A stretch of DNA of 64,000 nt from a plasmid: sequence record NZ_CP084508.1. One strand, written 5' to 3'. Under the pieces are notes generated by a model, which was given only the letters and a program-made list of their open reading frames with translations, was not told the origin of the DNA and searched no databases. Below, one piece after another: positions 33,700 to 45,271 of this stretch. The translations under genes were made by a program, and so were the position numbers. Within the stretch, counting starts at the first letter, position 1, and each line of letters opens with the position of its first letter.

Positions 33700-33734
33700 A
33701 ATAAATAAACAAAGAACAAAGCCAATCAAACATA

Positions 33735-34965
33735 TGTGTGTCATAAGTTATATTAGTCACGACTTGATCTGACACTGAGCCTTGAAAGGTTGAGATTTAC
33801 CGGTTTTGATATGGGTGTCGAATCCTTATACAAAACACGAGGTAACTCTCATGCTTCATACTACCAATCCCGTTATCAAACACAAAGCCGGTTTGCTCAA
33901 TCTGGCTGAAGAACTCAGCAACGTATCAAAAGCCATGTAAAATCATGGGCGTTTCGCGTGATACGTTTTATCGTTACCGCGAACTGACCGATGAAGGCGG
34001 TATGGATGCGCTGATTAATCGTAGTCGCCGCGCTCCTAACTTTAAGAACCGTACCGATGAGGCAACTGAACAGGCTGTTGTTGATTACGCCGTCGCTTTC
34101 CCGGCACACGGTCAGCACCGGACCAGCAACGAGCTGCGTAAACAGGGCATTTTTATCTCCGGCAGTGGTGTCCGTTCTATCTGGTTACGCCATAACCTTG
34201 AGAATTTCAAAAAACGTCTGAAAGCACTGGAAGAAAAAGTAGCCCGTGATGGTATTGAGCTAACTGACAGCCAGATCGCAGCACTGGAGCGTAAAGCCAG
34301 TGATGACGAGGCCTGTGGCGAAATCGAAACAGCTCATCCGGGATATCTGGGGTCGCAGGACACGTTCTATGTAGGCAACCTGAAAGGTGTCGGGCCGTAT
34401 TATCAGCAGACGTTCGTTGATACGTACTCGAAAGTGGCTCACTGTAAGCTTTACGTCACCAAAACACCGATTACCACGGCTGACTTACTGAACGATCGTG
34501 TACTGCCGTTTTATGCGTCTCAGGGCCTGCCGATGCTGAGAATACTGACCGACAGAGGCACGGAGTACTGTGGCAAAGTAGAGCAACATGATTATCAGCT
34601 TTATCTGGCAATAAACGACATAGAACACACGAAAACGAAGGCGATGTCCTCGCAGATCAACGGCGTCTGCGAGCAGTTCCATAAAACAATCCTGAACGAA
34701 TTTTATCAGGTAACGTTCCGTAAAAACTGTACGGCGATCTTGATATATTACAGTCGGATCTTGATGAATGGCTGGCTCACTATAATAATGAGCGAACCCA
34801 TCAGGGAAAAATGTGCAATGGGCGGACGCCAATGGAAATGTTACTTGATGGAAAGCGCATCTGGGCCGAGAAAAATTTAAGCCAGATGTAATCTGACAGA
34901 TACCTGTATAAATAACCGGTAACTGTCAGCTCAGGTCTGAGCTAATACACATAAGTAAGGCACGC
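33735..34965 (+). mobile_element. IS481-family insertion sequence with transposase disrupted by two single-base indels
   Basis: Imperfect terminal inverted repeats were found (..TATTAGTCACGACTTGATCTGACA at about 33750-33773 and TGTCAGCTCAGGTCTGAGCTAATA at about 34924-34947). Tnp HTH: MLHTTNPVIKHKAGLLNLAEELSNVSKA(frameshift)KIMGVSRDTFYRYREL... The integrase core is at 33945-34880. The C-terminus ..DLDEWLAHYNNERTHQGKMCNGRTPMEMLLDGKRIWAEKNLSQM is in the +1 frame after an A5 run. Confidence 0.65.
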
Positions 34966-34994
34966 TCCTTATGCCCTACTATGTAAAGGAAGTG

Positions 34995-35516
34995 TTAATT
35001 CCAAATTTTCACAGTGATAACATCACTATAATTCCCAGCCGGCAAAGTTCCTTCACCCAAAGGCTTGACCATAAACATGGCGTTTGCTGTACTTAGGTTA
35101 CCACCAGGCGAAGTACCTTCAGCTTGAGCACCATTAATAAATGGTCCATAGCTATCAGCAGTTAAACTAGTAACAGCAGTCGCTAAAATGCTTCCGCCAT
35201 CACTATTAGTAAAGGTGAGAGCACCAGCTTTACCCGCTTGGTCGGTCAAATTAGCTCTTGATGTTAAACCAAATGCTGTCCCTTGAGTGCCGTCTTTATT
35301 GCTCAAAGTAATCACGCCAACACCCTTCTGGAACGCTTCAGAAGAGGTAAATGTTTTCAAAGTCGGCATCCAACTAACGGTATAGCCTGTTGGTGGCGTT
35401 ATTGAAAAGGAAGCAGTTATACTACCTTCAGGTGTCCAATCACCAGCATAAGCCCCTACGCTAGCAATTAAACCCGTACATGCTAATAGTGCTGCAAATT
35501 TAGATTTCATATTCAT
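34995..35516 (-). CDS. fimbrial subunit (173 aa, signal peptide, C-terminal ..AGNYSDVITVKIWN)
   Basis: This is the last gene of a chaperone-usher-subunit operon on the minus strand. It has the pilin C-terminal strand motif. Confidence 0.6.
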   Translation of the reverse strand: MNMKSKFAALLACTGLIASVGAYAGDWTPEGSITASFSITPPTGYTVSWMPTLKTFTSSEAFQKGVGVITLSNKDGTQGTAFGLTSRANLTDQAGKAGALTFTNSDGGSILATAVTSLTADSYGPFINGAQAEGTSPGGNLSTANAMFMVKPLGEGTLPAGNYSDVITVKIWN

Positions 35517-35579
35517 GACAACCTCGACTAATTAGTTGATGTTAGTAATTGAAGTCCATTTCATCGTTTTAACGCAATA

Positions 35580-38090
35580 TCATCCATTACATGACGCAGT
35601 TAGATAATCAATTCCAGTTTTACTATGCATAACCATATCTAAATTAATGGTTGAGGTGCAATAATCATTATTCTTATTGCTCCAGCGAGCTTTTATCACG
35701 TCACCATTCTTTATACCGGTCAAATATACAGATCCGTTGTCATCAACAATTCCATTCACTCCATTATCAACATTAACAATCGAGCCAAATGGTAGGATTG
35801 AACCGTTATTTCTCCTTAGTGTTAACAATAGCCGAGCCCCTATGCGCGCGTGAAAATCAGCCAGAACAACAGCACCTTTTGTTGGCGTTACATTTACACT
35901 ATTTTTTGATAATGCTGCATTTGGTGGCAAAGATAACGGATTAATATTGATTCTATTAGTAGAATATGGCTGTAGCCCTCCATCTAACGTATAGCCGTGT
36001 AAATCTGTCTTTTCTCCGGGCCAATATCCTACTTTCGCGCCAGAAACACCATCGGCTTTAACAATTGCTATAGTTTCACCCTGTTTCTGTCCAAAAACAA
36101 ATCCTGTTTCTTTTGTGGCAACTATATCCCCATGAGCACCAAGTCCATACTGCACCAAGGTGTTACTTCGCCCATAGTTTCCATCAATCTGGCCATAAGT
36201 CCCTTGGTAACTAAGATTAACCATTGCCGACTTACTGGATTGACGATCCGCTATAATTTTATCTTGAACTTCCCAGTTTAATTGTCTATCAAGTAATGTT
36301 CCGTTAACCCCTACTACATTACTACTATAACCATTCGATGGTGTCATATTCTGGTAAGTGATATAAACTGGATTGTTATCAACATAATGATTTACAAAAG
36401 GGATAGACAACCACAAACTTGTTATACTCTCCCCTTGATAGGGAGTTCTGTTTAATGACAAGCTTCTATTCCAAGATAGTCCCAAAGAAATATTGTAAGG
36501 TAGTGTTATATTGTAATCCACGCCGTAAGACGTTACTCCACGATTAAATCCTCTGTACAACTCTCTGGTTCCAAATAAATTTAAATAACCATAACCTAAC
36601 AATGGCTGGCTTACATTAAGCCCAGTTTGACTTTTGGGCTGTGAAGAACCAACCATTATGTTTTTTTTAAAAACCACATCAGAAAATGAATTATAACCTT
36701 CAGAATATGTTTTATACGATAAGCTAAATGTTGTGCCAGTGGGTAGATAGTTATTATAACGAACCTGCCAACGCAAACCATTTACTGATGATTCTTTATT
36801 ATCTCTATACGCATGTGATTTAGAAACATCAACGGATACAGCGCCTGCACTGCTTAGCATGGTCCCGATGCCTAATGCCGCCACCTGATAATGTTTAGAT
36901 AATTGAGCGCCAGTGTACCCAGTAAAATTTAAAGGGAACCCATATGCAATATTAACCTCACTCAAAAAAGGATTGCTACTATCGCTGATTATTTTTGAGC
37001 GATACTTGCCGATAGCAAAACTATATTTTAGAAAATTTCTATGCAGCGCAATAGCCGGCGTTGTAAATGGAACATTAAACTCTTGTTTTGTCCCATCGTT
37101 CTCATTAACAATAACATGCAAATCACCATTCGCGCCAGATGCTGGAATATTAGTCAACTCGAATTGGCCAGCAGGCACAACAACGCTCGTTAGGGTGTAT
37201 CCGAATTGTTTTACCTCAACTCTAGCTTGGGTTCTTGCTATCCCTCTAATAACTGGAGCGAATGCACGCTTCGAGAACGGTATCATAGAGTCGTCTGTGT
37301 ATAATTTAATTCCTCGAAACGGAATACTATCAAATACAGTTCCTGATGAGTAACTATCGCCAACCACAAAACGACTTTTAATACTATTTACCCCTCGTTC
37401 TGCATAAGAATATAACGTTTGCCATCCACCATTGTTTTTAGTGTTCACCCACGAAAGATTATTTCTTATTCGCCAAGAACCTATATTTATACCAGGTTGT
37501 AACTGAATGAACTTTGATGTATGTGATGCATCTCTCTGCCCTCTAACCTTAACCCACTGAGTATTTACATCATATCCGAGTACAAAAGCAGACAAGCCAT
37601 CATCCCAAATTCCCTCAGGGGCCATACCACTGACAGCATCATTCAGTAAGTAATTTCTTGGAACAAAGATATTAACTTGCTGATGCTTAATATCAGATGA
37701 AATACTCACATCTCGCAGAGAACTAATGCGAACACATGATACGCTTTTCTTATGCGTAACATTGTTAATTTTATTGTTTTTGCCATGAGTTAGTTCCGAT
37801 GTATCTATGCCATATTCCTTTAAGTCATTTAAGCTTAAGCATGGCACTAGTTGACTATCATTCTTTGACGATCCATATTTAAATAATAACGATTGGTGCG
37901 AAACAAGTTTTCCGTTCACATAAACAGACACATAATACCAACCTGGTAGCGGCAATCCTCGGTTCAATAAAGACACATCACTTCCACTTACTCCATCAAT
38001 CATTGCTGGATCAAAGTAATATTCCGACGCAAAGGAATGCGTGGACACCAAACCAATAACAAATGATAATGCCACTTTAAAATAATTCAT
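35580..38090 (-). CDS. fimbrial outer-membrane usher (836 aa)
   Basis: It has a usher N-terminal domain pattern (..SEYYFDPAMIDG..VSLLNRGLPLPGWYYVSVYVNGKL..). Its size fits and it lies between the chaperone and subunit genes. Confidence 0.85.
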   Translation of the reverse strand: MNYFKVALSFVIGLVSTHSFASEYYFDPAMIDGVSGSDVSLLNRGLPLPGWYYVSVYVNGKLVSHQSLLFKYGSSKNDSQLVPCLSLNDLKEYGIDTSELTHGKNNKINNVTHKKSVSCVRISSLRDVSISSDIKHQQVNIFVPRNYLLNDAVSGMAPEGIWDDGLSAFVLGYDVNTQWVKVRGQRDASHTSKFIQLQPGINIGSWRIRNNLSWVNTKNNGGWQTLYSYAERGVNSIKSRFVVGDSYSSGTVFDSIPFRGIKLYTDDSMIPFSKRAFAPVIRGIARTQARVEVKQFGYTLTSVVVPAGQFELTNIPASGANGDLHVIVNENDGTKQEFNVPFTTPAIALHRNFLKYSFAIGKYRSKIISDSSNPFLSEVNIAYGFPLNFTGYTGAQLSKHYQVAALGIGTMLSSAGAVSVDVSKSHAYRDNKESSVNGLRWQVRYNNYLPTGTTFSLSYKTYSEGYNSFSDVVFKKNIMVGSSQPKSQTGLNVSQPLLGYGYLNLFGTRELYRGFNRGVTSYGVDYNITLPYNISLGLSWNRSLSLNRTPYQGESITSLWLSIPFVNHYVDNNPVYITYQNMTPSNGYSSNVVGVNGTLLDRQLNWEVQDKIIADRQSSKSAMVNLSYQGTYGQIDGNYGRSNTLVQYGLGAHGDIVATKETGFVFGQKQGETIAIVKADGVSGAKVGYWPGEKTDLHGYTLDGGLQPYSTNRININPLSLPPNAALSKNSVNVTPTKGAVVLADFHARIGARLLLTLRRNNGSILPFGSIVNVDNGVNGIVDDNGSVYLTGIKNGDVIKARWSNKNNDYCTSTINLDMVMHSKTGIDYLTASCNG

Positions 38091-38127
38091 AAATCTAACA
38101 CTTCTAACTCATGAAAAAATCTGGTTA

Positions 38128-38916
38128 TTATTTCACTATATAATTCCACCCTTTACTTACATTTCCAAGATCACCTACAATCGACCAAGATAGTTTTCCT
38201 GGTTTTGCCCCCTCACTAGGAAGTTCAAAAGATGTAGAACTCATAGGGTTTACATACCCACTATTAATTGCAACACCATTTAGTTTTAAGTCAGTTATAC
38301 TCATGACAAACGGGGTTGGATTATCAACGACGAGCTTACGCCCAACCAAACGCCACTTAAGCTCCCCGACCTGGTCTGATGGTTTCCCCTGAACTGATTG
38401 CGGTCTATAAATTAGTTTTATACAATTATCAACCGCTATTAATATATTTATATTCAGTTTATTTTTACTACCACCCTCACTTTGAGGGTTCCATAACTCC
38501 CCGCCTTTTGGCGGAACGCCTTTGACGCATAGCCAATTCAAACTCTCCTTATTAGAAGGAAACTCTCCGCCAGAGTAAACAATTTGAATTAAATCAGTCT
38601 CTTTAGGCTCCAGTCTAAATAACGGTGGCGTGACAATAAATTTATTTGATTTTTCTTTATCACTGTTAAGAACAGAGGATTGAACAAGCACAGGATAGCT
38701 ACGAGGATTATCAACCGTCAGTGTTTGCCCATTGTCGCCTTGATTATAAATAACCTTAGCCTTGTTTAACACGATTCCAAAATTTGTTGTGGAAACCATA
38801 GTATCTGAACTTTTATTTTCAAATACATTGGCTGCGGCAAAGTTATAAAAGAAACTGTATGCTGCCAAGGCTAGCAAAAGCACCTTAGATGTAGATGTAG
38901 ATGTATTTTTTTTCAC
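38128..38916 (-). CDS. fimbrial periplasmic chaperone (classical PapD-like fold; chaperone-usher-subunit order as in Caf/Psa/Afa-type loci)
   Basis: ..GIVLNKAKVIYNQGDNGQTLTVDNPRSYPVLVQSSV..FIVTPPLFRLEPKET..IQIVYSGG.. are typical chaperone motifs. It has a signal peptide with a run of S/T (TSTSTS). Confidence 0.8.
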   Translation of the reverse strand: MKKNTSTSTSKVLLLALAAYSFFYNFAAANVFENKSSDTMVSTTNFGIVLNKAKVIYNQGDNGQTLTVDNPRSYPVLVQSSVLNSDKEKSNKFIVTPPLFRLEPKETDLIQIVYSGGEFPSNKESLNWLCVKGVPPKGGELWNPQSEGGSKNKLNINILIAVDNCIKLIYRPQSVQGKPSDQVGELKWRLVGRKLVVDNPTPFVMSITDLKLNGVAINSGYVNPMSSTSFELPSEGAKPGKLSWSIVGDLGNVSKGWNYIVK

Positions 38917-39347
38917 CAGGTAAGCCTCAATTCAGTTACGCAAAAACATACCCCCCACCGCTCCGCGCCACAATAAACTGCCTCACCATTTGAAGTTTTG
39001 TCAACCAATTGAAGTCACCGGAAGTGTCACATCTTCACTCACATAAAAAAGACCATAAAAATGACAATTTAAATAAATATTCTAATACCAACTCGGAAAT
39101 ACGGAATAACACCTAAAAAATAACTATAAAAATTACTATTTTAAGCACAAAACACTATTTATTTTTTTGACAAAAAACAAACAAAAAACAAACAATCGTG
39201 GCAATAATTGAAGTTAAGACATACACACCTCCTCCTCATTAGGCACTTTTGTGAAAAAAACGAAATCAATTACGCAAAAAAATTCACAGGGTGGAGGGAG
39301 GGTTAAAAATCACTCAAACATAAATGTAAATATGAACACAAACACAC

Positions 39348-40408
39348 GGCGTTGTTGAATAAATCAGGTTTCGGGCAAGGGTCCCCGTAGCGGATCGTGT
39401 TTTCAGGTAATATGAACGCTTTCTGGCATACCTGCCTTCGTCATTTTGTTCAGTGCATGCACCATGGCCATAGCCTCCGCAACCTGCCCATCATAATCAC
39501 GCAGCGTCAATGAATCTCCGAATAGCTATTTCACCCTGTACATCGCCGTTTCCGCTATCGAGTGACGTTTGTAATCTGTTGTCCATTTCCACCGGGCATT
39601 ACTCCCGCTCAGATGCTGATTAGCCACAGCACGGTTGCAGTCTGCATATTCTCCGGGCCAGTAACCGGCCCCCTTTCGGGGGGAGGGATGAGGGCACTAA
39701 TTTTCTTTCGGCGCAGTTCATCGTGACATAACCGTGTGTCGTAAGCTCCGTCTGTAGCCGCTGACCTGATTTTTCTGTGTGTCTGCCGGATTAGCCCGGG
39801 AAAGGCCTCTGCGTCCGTGACATTGTTCAGTGAAAGGTCTGCGCAGATTATTTCATGTGTTTTAGCATCGACTGCAAGGTGCAGTTTTCGCCAGATGCGA
39901 CGACGTTCTTTACCCTGTTTTTTGACTTTCCATTCACCCTCACCGAAGACTTTCAGTCCTGTTGAATCAATCACCAGATGGGCTATCTCACCCCGGGAGG
40001 GGGCTTTAAAACTGATGTCAACTGACTTTATCCGCTTGCTAACGTTGGTGTAATCATCCGGGCAGCGCAGCGGAACGTCCATCAGCGTAAAAATGGAATC
40101 AATAAAGCCCTATGCGGCGCGTAGGGTGAGGCAGAATACGCGTTTAATCACGAGGACGATCGTGATGGCAAGGTCAGAATAGCGCAGAGGCCTTCCCCGG
40201 GATGAAGGCGTTGCTGACTCATACCAGGTCTGAATAGCCTCATCGTCCAGCCAGAAAGTGAGGGAGCCACGGTTGATGAGGGCCTTGTTGTAGGTCTTCC
40301 AATTGATGATTTTAAATTTTTGTTTTGCCACGGCATCGTCTGCGTTGTTGGGAGGAGCTGAGCTCTGATCCTTCAACACAGCAAAAGTTCGATTTATTCA
40401 ACAACGCC
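39348..40408 (-). mobile_element. IS903-like insertion sequence, copy 3, directly upstream of the fimbrial operon; transposase frameshifted by GG insertion
   Basis: It has the same terminal inverted repeats as copy 2. The internal run CCCCCTTTCGGGGGGAGGG (copy 2 has CCCCCTTTCGGGGAGGG) splits the Tnp gene into 39609-40082 and 40110-40379. It has the same in-frame TAG as copy 2. Confidence 0.85.
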
Positions 40409-40908
40409 CTTCCAAACTATCAACGCGCACCTTCGCGTACCTCTGCAAGACAGCCATTAAGTCCCGGACGATCATCGCGCATACCAGAGGTATGATCTTG
40501 ATGTAAATAGTAGAGGCTAACTCCGGCAGTAATCAATACATCACGTTACAAAACAACAGATTGACATTCATCATTGCTTGATAGTCGCATATAGTCACTC
40601 GACGTATACGACAAACTACAGGTGATTTCAACCGTGGCGGAGCCTTTAATGAAGAACAGAAAAAGTCTATAGTCGAATCACTGAACTCGGGCGCCAGCAT
40701 CAGTGCAGTCGCACGCGAGTTCAGTACTACCCGACAAACTATCAGAGTTTGGGCATACCTGACTGAGTATTAAAATTTCTTACAGGCTGGTCGCAATATG
40801 ATAAATGCCTTATAGCATATCTATGCTAATAGACATGCCAATCTGTTGACTGAATTGGCTATCACTTTGACTTTAATTAGCCTGCATCAGTAGGTGCTGT
40901 TTCGCTTC

Positions 40909-41358
40909 CTACTCATGCACACCAGACTGTCCGTTTTTGGTGAACTCATGAACCACAGCAGCCTGCTCATGCTCGTTCATGGACGAAAATGGTTTGGCAG
41001 TGCTCACGGTTTCCGTTGGTGCCTGCGTACCCATCATTTTTTTATGGGCGTTGACCATTTGTTGATGTGCGAAAGCGTTTCCGTTGTTCATATTCTCATG
41101 CACTGTTATCGCCTGCTGATGTTCATTCATGGCGGAGAAAGATTGCGATTTACTGGCGTTCGTCGTCTGTTCGCCCATCATTTTCTTGTGCATGTCTGCC
41201 ATTTGCTGATGAGCATTTGAATTACCGTTGTTCATCGTGTTATGGGCAATAATAGCCAGCTGATGCTGGCTCATATCCATTTCTGGTATTGTGGTTTGTG
41301 CAGCCCAGGCAGAAGAAGCAATACCAATGGAAATAGCAGTGATAATAATCTTTTTCAT
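40909..41358 (-). CDS. silE: periplasmic metal-binding protein SilE/PcoE-like
   Basis: It is 149 aa. Repeated HxxM/MxxH motifs (AHQQMADMHKKMMG, ..NEHQQAITVHENMNNG.., ..NEHEQAAVVHEFTKNGQSG) match SilE. Confidence 0.8.
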   Translation of the reverse strand: MKKIIITAISIGIASSAWAAQTTIPEMDMSQHQLAIIAHNTMNNGNSNAHQQMADMHKKMMGEQTTNASKSQSFSAMNEHQQAITVHENMNNGNAFAHQQMVNAHKKMMGTQAPTETVSTAKPFSSMNEHEQAAVVHEFTKNGQSGVHE

Positions 41359-41533
41359 GTGATGTTCCTGATTAATTCAGTGATTAAATATTATCAAGGT
41401 ATAATGAAACAGGTTCTTGCCCTGATTTCACTGATTATATGAATATCATTCTGTTTGGTTCGTGACCGGAGAATGACAATTTCGTCATTTAACTGAATTA
41501 AATGAAATGCATCCGATTAAAGGTACATATTTG

Positions 41534-42994
41534 TTATGCGTGTAACCGGGGCAATGTGAGGATAAAGCGGGTGGAATGCAGGTCAGAGGCGACGCTTATT
41601 TTTCCCTTATGCGCAACTACAATGGATTTTACGATAGCAAGTCCGATACCACTTCCTTCACTCTTTCTCTGCCGCGAAGGATCCACCCGGTAAAACCGGT
41701 CAAACAGGTGGGGCAGGTGCTCCTGTGGGATGGGCGTACCCGGATTCTCCACAGTGAGCGCGACCGATTCAGCATTTTCCTGGATATGGACAGCCACTGA
41801 ATGCCCTGCCGAGGTATAGCGAATAGCATTAGACAGCAGATTATTAATAACCTGTCGGAGCATCAGTCTGTCTCCCTCCACCATCCCGCTATCACCATCC
41901 AGCACCAGTCCCACTTCACGTTCTTCTGCCCAAGCTTCAAAGAAATCAAACAATTTGATAGTTTCGGCCTTCAGATCGAGGGGCATCTGTTCTGGGATCA
42001 GCTGATTATTATCTGCCTGAGCTAGGAACAGCATGTCGCTGACCATTTTTGCCATTCGGTTGTATTCTTCAAGACTTGAATAGAGAACGTCTTCAAGCTC
42101 TTTTTCCGAGCGCTGCTGGCTTAACGCTATCTCAGTTTGGGTCACCAGGTTAGTAATAGGGGTTCTTATCTCATGGGCAATATCAGCGGAAAAATTCGCC
42201 TGCCGGGTAAAAACATCCTCAATACGTGAAATCATGCTGTTAAAGGATATCACCAGTTGTTCGAGTTCAATCGGTACGCGGGCAGGATCAAGACGGACAT
42301 CCAGATTATCGGAGGTAATGTTTTTTATTTTCATGCTAACATTACGCAATGGCTGATGTCCTTTATGAACGGCAAAATACACTGTCAGAATAATTAATAA
42401 ACTCATCAACGAAGCAATTAGCAGTAGATTATATTTAAGTGTATCGAGATAATGTAAGTGGAAGTCTATAGAGAGCGCAATTAATAAGGTATCGTTTTTT
42501 ATATTCATGCCATCAGGGGTGTTTACGGTGGATGCCATAATACGCCAGGATGACGGACTCATACTTTTATTTTCACGCATGGTTATTTCATGTGGCATCC
42601 GTCCATCAGACCACTCAAAAACTTCACCCGAAGACTGGGCATCTGTAAACCCGGCAGTACTGATCGCTGGCATCAGCGCCAGTCCGTCTGGTGAGCGATA
42701 GATGACCTTGTTCCCGGGCCCTAGTAATAACACCGATATATGGCGATAACTGGGGAGGAGGATGCTCATTTTATCGATTTTTTGCTGTTCTGATTCCTGC
42801 GGATTTTCCAGAATGGCGGTCAATGCTGTGTTGATTCGCTTCAGATTTCTTATGTCCTGCTCCGCAAAATGATTTTGGACAGAAATAAGCATGATGGCCG
42901 CAAAGATTGCGAAGGTAAAAAGTGTGGTCAGACTGATGAGAAAAGTCAGCCTGACTTCGAGTGAGAAAGGCCTGCGCTTACCCTTAATCCTCAT
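41534..42994 (-). CDS. silS: two-component sensor histidine kinase SilS/CusS-type
   Basis: The start is [19 protein letters not shown], as in CusS. The H-box is ..[16 protein letters not shown].. and the protein ends ..[18 protein letters not shown]... It overlaps the silR stop. Confidence 0.8.
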   Translation of the reverse strand: MRIKGKRRPFSLEVRLTFLISLTTLFTFAIFAAIMLISVQNHFAEQDIRNLKRINTALTAILENPQESEQQKIDKMSILLPSYRHISVLLLGPGNKVIYRSPDGLALMPAISTAGFTDAQSSGEVFEWSDGRMPHEITMRENKSMSPSSWRIMASTVNTPDGMNIKNDTLLIALSIDFHLHYLDTLKYNLLLIASLMSLLIILTVYFAVHKGHQPLRNVSMKIKNITSDNLDVRLDPARVPIELEQLVISFNSMISRIEDVFTRQANFSADIAHEIRTPITNLVTQTEIALSQQRSEKELEDVLYSSLEEYNRMAKMVSDMLFLAQADNNQLIPEQMPLDLKAETIKLFDFFEAWAEEREVGLVLDGDSGMVEGDRLMLRQVINNLLSNAIRYTSAGHSVAVHIQENAESVALTVENPGTPIPQEHLPHLFDRFYRVDPSRQRKSEGSGIGLAIVKSIVVAHKGKISVASDLHSTRFILTLPRLHA

Positions 42995-43667
42995 CCGGCA
43001 CCTCAAGGGTATAACCTACGCCACGAACCGTCTGAATGAGTTTAGGTTCGAAATCATTGTCAATTTTCGCTCGCAGGCGTTTCACCGCGACATCAATGGC
43101 ATTGGTATCACTGTCAAAGTTCATGTCCCAGACCTGAGAAGCGATGAGCGAACGTGGGAGCACTTCGCCCTGATGCCTGACGAAAAACTCAAGCAGGGTA
43201 AACTCTTTACTCGTCAGCGTAATTCGCCGGCCTGCCCGACTAACTTTGCGTGATACCAGATCGATAGTCAGATCTGCCACCTGAAACTGGCTTTCCGTAA
43301 TGACCGCCGCCCCGCGGCGCAACAATGTCCTCACCCGAGCCAGCAGTTCGGCAAAAGCAAAAGGTTTCACCAAATAATCGTCTGCCCCCAGTTCCAACCC
43401 TTTAACCCGATGTTCAATAGTCCCGAGTGCGGTCAGTAGCAGAATTGGCATTCCTTTACTGGCCTCGCGCAACATGCGGACAATGTCCCAACCATTCACG
43501 TCAGGGAGCATAATATCCAGAACGATAAGATCGTATTCCGCCGTCATGGCATAGTGGTATCCGGTGAGGCCGTTATCCGCTAAATCCACGATAAAACCGG
43601 CTTCCGTCAGCCCCTTGCTCAGGAACTCGCCGGTTTTCGCCTCATCTTCAACAATCAGTATCTTCAT
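42984..43667 (-). CDS. silR: two-component response regulator SilR/CusR-type (OmpR family)
   Basis: MKILIVEDE...[19 protein letters not shown]... is a receiver domain and ..GVGYTLEV is a winged helix. Confidence 0.85.
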   Translation of the reverse strand: MKILIVEDEAKTGEFLSKGLTEAGFIVDLADNGLTGYHYAMTAEYDLIVLDIMLPDVNGWDIVRMLREASKGMPILLLTALGTIEHRVKGLELGADDYLVKPFAFAELLARVRTLLRRGAAVITESQFQVADLTIDLVSRKVSRAGRRITLTSKEFTLLEFFVRHQGEVLPRSLIASQVWDMNFDSDTNAIDVAVKRLRAKIDNDFEPKLIQTVRGVGYTLEVPDED

Positions 43668-43852
43668 CTTCTCTCCGGATATCGGCTATTTTCCAGTCAT
43701 TCTAGTTAGCATAATAACGAGATCAACGACTGAAACAGAAAATGACAGCTTTGTCATTATCCTGTCACCAAGCCAACAGAGTCCCCCGGCTACTCTACCC
43801 CCATCATAATTTATCAGCAGGATTTTCCGGGCGAGCCTGGACGGGAAACGAT

Positions 43853-45238
43853 ATGTTCAAATTAAAACTACTGGCGGTCGGTACGGCGCTTATTCTGACC
43901 GGCTGTGTATCACTGGCACCTGAATACGAGCGCCCGGCACTCCCTGTACCGCAACAATTTTCTCTTTCCCGTAACAGCCTCGTCCCCGCCAGCGCGGGCT
44001 ATCAGGATACCGGCTGGAAAACCTTTTTCGTCGATCCTCAGGCCCGGCGTTTTATTGCTGAAGCGTTGAGGAATAACCCTGACCTCAAAATGGCCACCCT
44101 GAAAGTCCAGGAAGCTCGGGCGCAATACAACGTGACTGACGCAGACCGCTACCCGCAGTTGGATACGTCCTCAAATGCCAGCTATCAGGGGGGATTAAAG
44201 GACAGTAGTGCAACGACAAAAGAATATGCTGCGGGCCTGAATCTGAGTTTTAACCTGGACTTCTTTGGCAAGCTGAAAAATATGAGCGAGGCCGATCGGC
44301 AGAATTATTTTGCCAGCCAGGAGGCGCAGCGAAATGTCCATATTCTGCTGATTTCTAACGTCTCGCAAAGTTACTACAACCAGCAACTTGCGCTGGCGCA
44401 GCTGAAGATCGCCCGCGAGGCGCTGCAAAACTACCAGCAATCCTATGCCTTTGTTGAACAACAGCTCGTCACCGGTAGCACAACGGTACTGGCTCTCGAA
44501 CAGGCGCGCGGGGTGATAGAAAGCACCCGCGCCGAAATTGCCAGCCGTGAAGGGCAACTGGCTCAGGCAAACAACGCACTTCAGCTGTTACTCGGGATCT
44601 ATAATGACCTGCCAGTTGCCCGGACCGATGAAACAGCCGATCTTAATCCCGTTAAATTACCGCCTAATCTTTCCTCAGAAGTGTTACTCCAGAGGCCGGA
44701 TATTATGGAAGCAGAACACCAGCTGAAAGCGGCCGATGCCAACATCGGCGCAGCCAGAGCGGCATTCTTCCCATCCATCAGCTTGACCAGCGGCCTGTCA
44801 GTCAGTAGCTCTGACCTCTCAAACCTGTTTACGCCAGGGAGTGGAATGTGGAATTTCGTGCCAAAAATCGAACTTCCTGTATTCAATGCGGGCCGCAATG
44901 AGGCCAACCTGACGCTGGCGAAAGTGCGTCAGCTGCAATCTGTAGTGAATTATGAACAAAAAATTCAGACCGCGTTTAAAGACGTGGCCGATGCGCTGTC
45001 CTTGCGGGACAGCATCAGTGGGCAAATCGCTGCACAAGAACGCTATCTTGACTCGCTTAAAATAACGTTGCTGCGGGCCCGTGGCTTATATTCAAACGGC
45101 GCGGTCAGCTATATCGAAGTCCTAGATGCGGAGCGCTCATTATTTACTACTCAACAAACTATTCTTGATCTGAAATATTCTCAACAGGTCAATGAAATCA
45201 AACTATTCACCGCACTCGGCGGCGGCTGGGTTGAATAA
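43853..45238 (+). CDS. silC: outer-membrane efflux lipoprotein SilC/CusC-type
   Basis: The start is taken at MFKLKLLAVGTALILTGC (lipobox). It is divergent from silRS. The family is OMF (TolC-like). Confidence 0.8.
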   Translation: MFKLKLLAVGTALILTGCVSLAPEYERPALPVPQQFSLSRNSLVPASAGYQDTGWKTFFVDPQARRFIAEALRNNPDLKMATLKVQEARAQYNVTDADRYPQLDTSSNASYQGGLKDSSATTKEYAAGLNLSFNLDFFGKLKNMSEADRQNYFASQEAQRNVHILLISNVSQSYYNQQLALAQLKIAREALQNYQQSYAFVEQQLVTGSTTVLALEQARGVIESTRAEIASREGQLAQANNALQLLLGIYNDLPVARTDETADLNPVKLPPNLSSEVLLQRPDIMEAEHQLKAADANIGAARAAFFPSISLTSGLSVSSSDLSNLFTPGSGMWNFVPKIELPVFNAGRNEANLTLAKVRQLQSVVNYEQKIQTAFKDVADALSLRDSISGQIAAQERYLDSLKITLLRARGLYSNGAVSYIEVLDAERSLFTTQQTILDLKYSQQVNEIKLFTALGGGWVE

Positions 45239-45271
45239 TTTATCTCTTTTAATTAGTCAGGAGTACACAAT

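Noticed and set aside
40600-40760. Possible small HTH transposase gene (..GAFNEEQKKSIVESLNSGASISAVAREFSTTRQTIRVW..)
   Set aside because: It is only about 50 codons without a clear start. It is likely a fragment of an IS orfA. It is too short to call as a feature with confidence.
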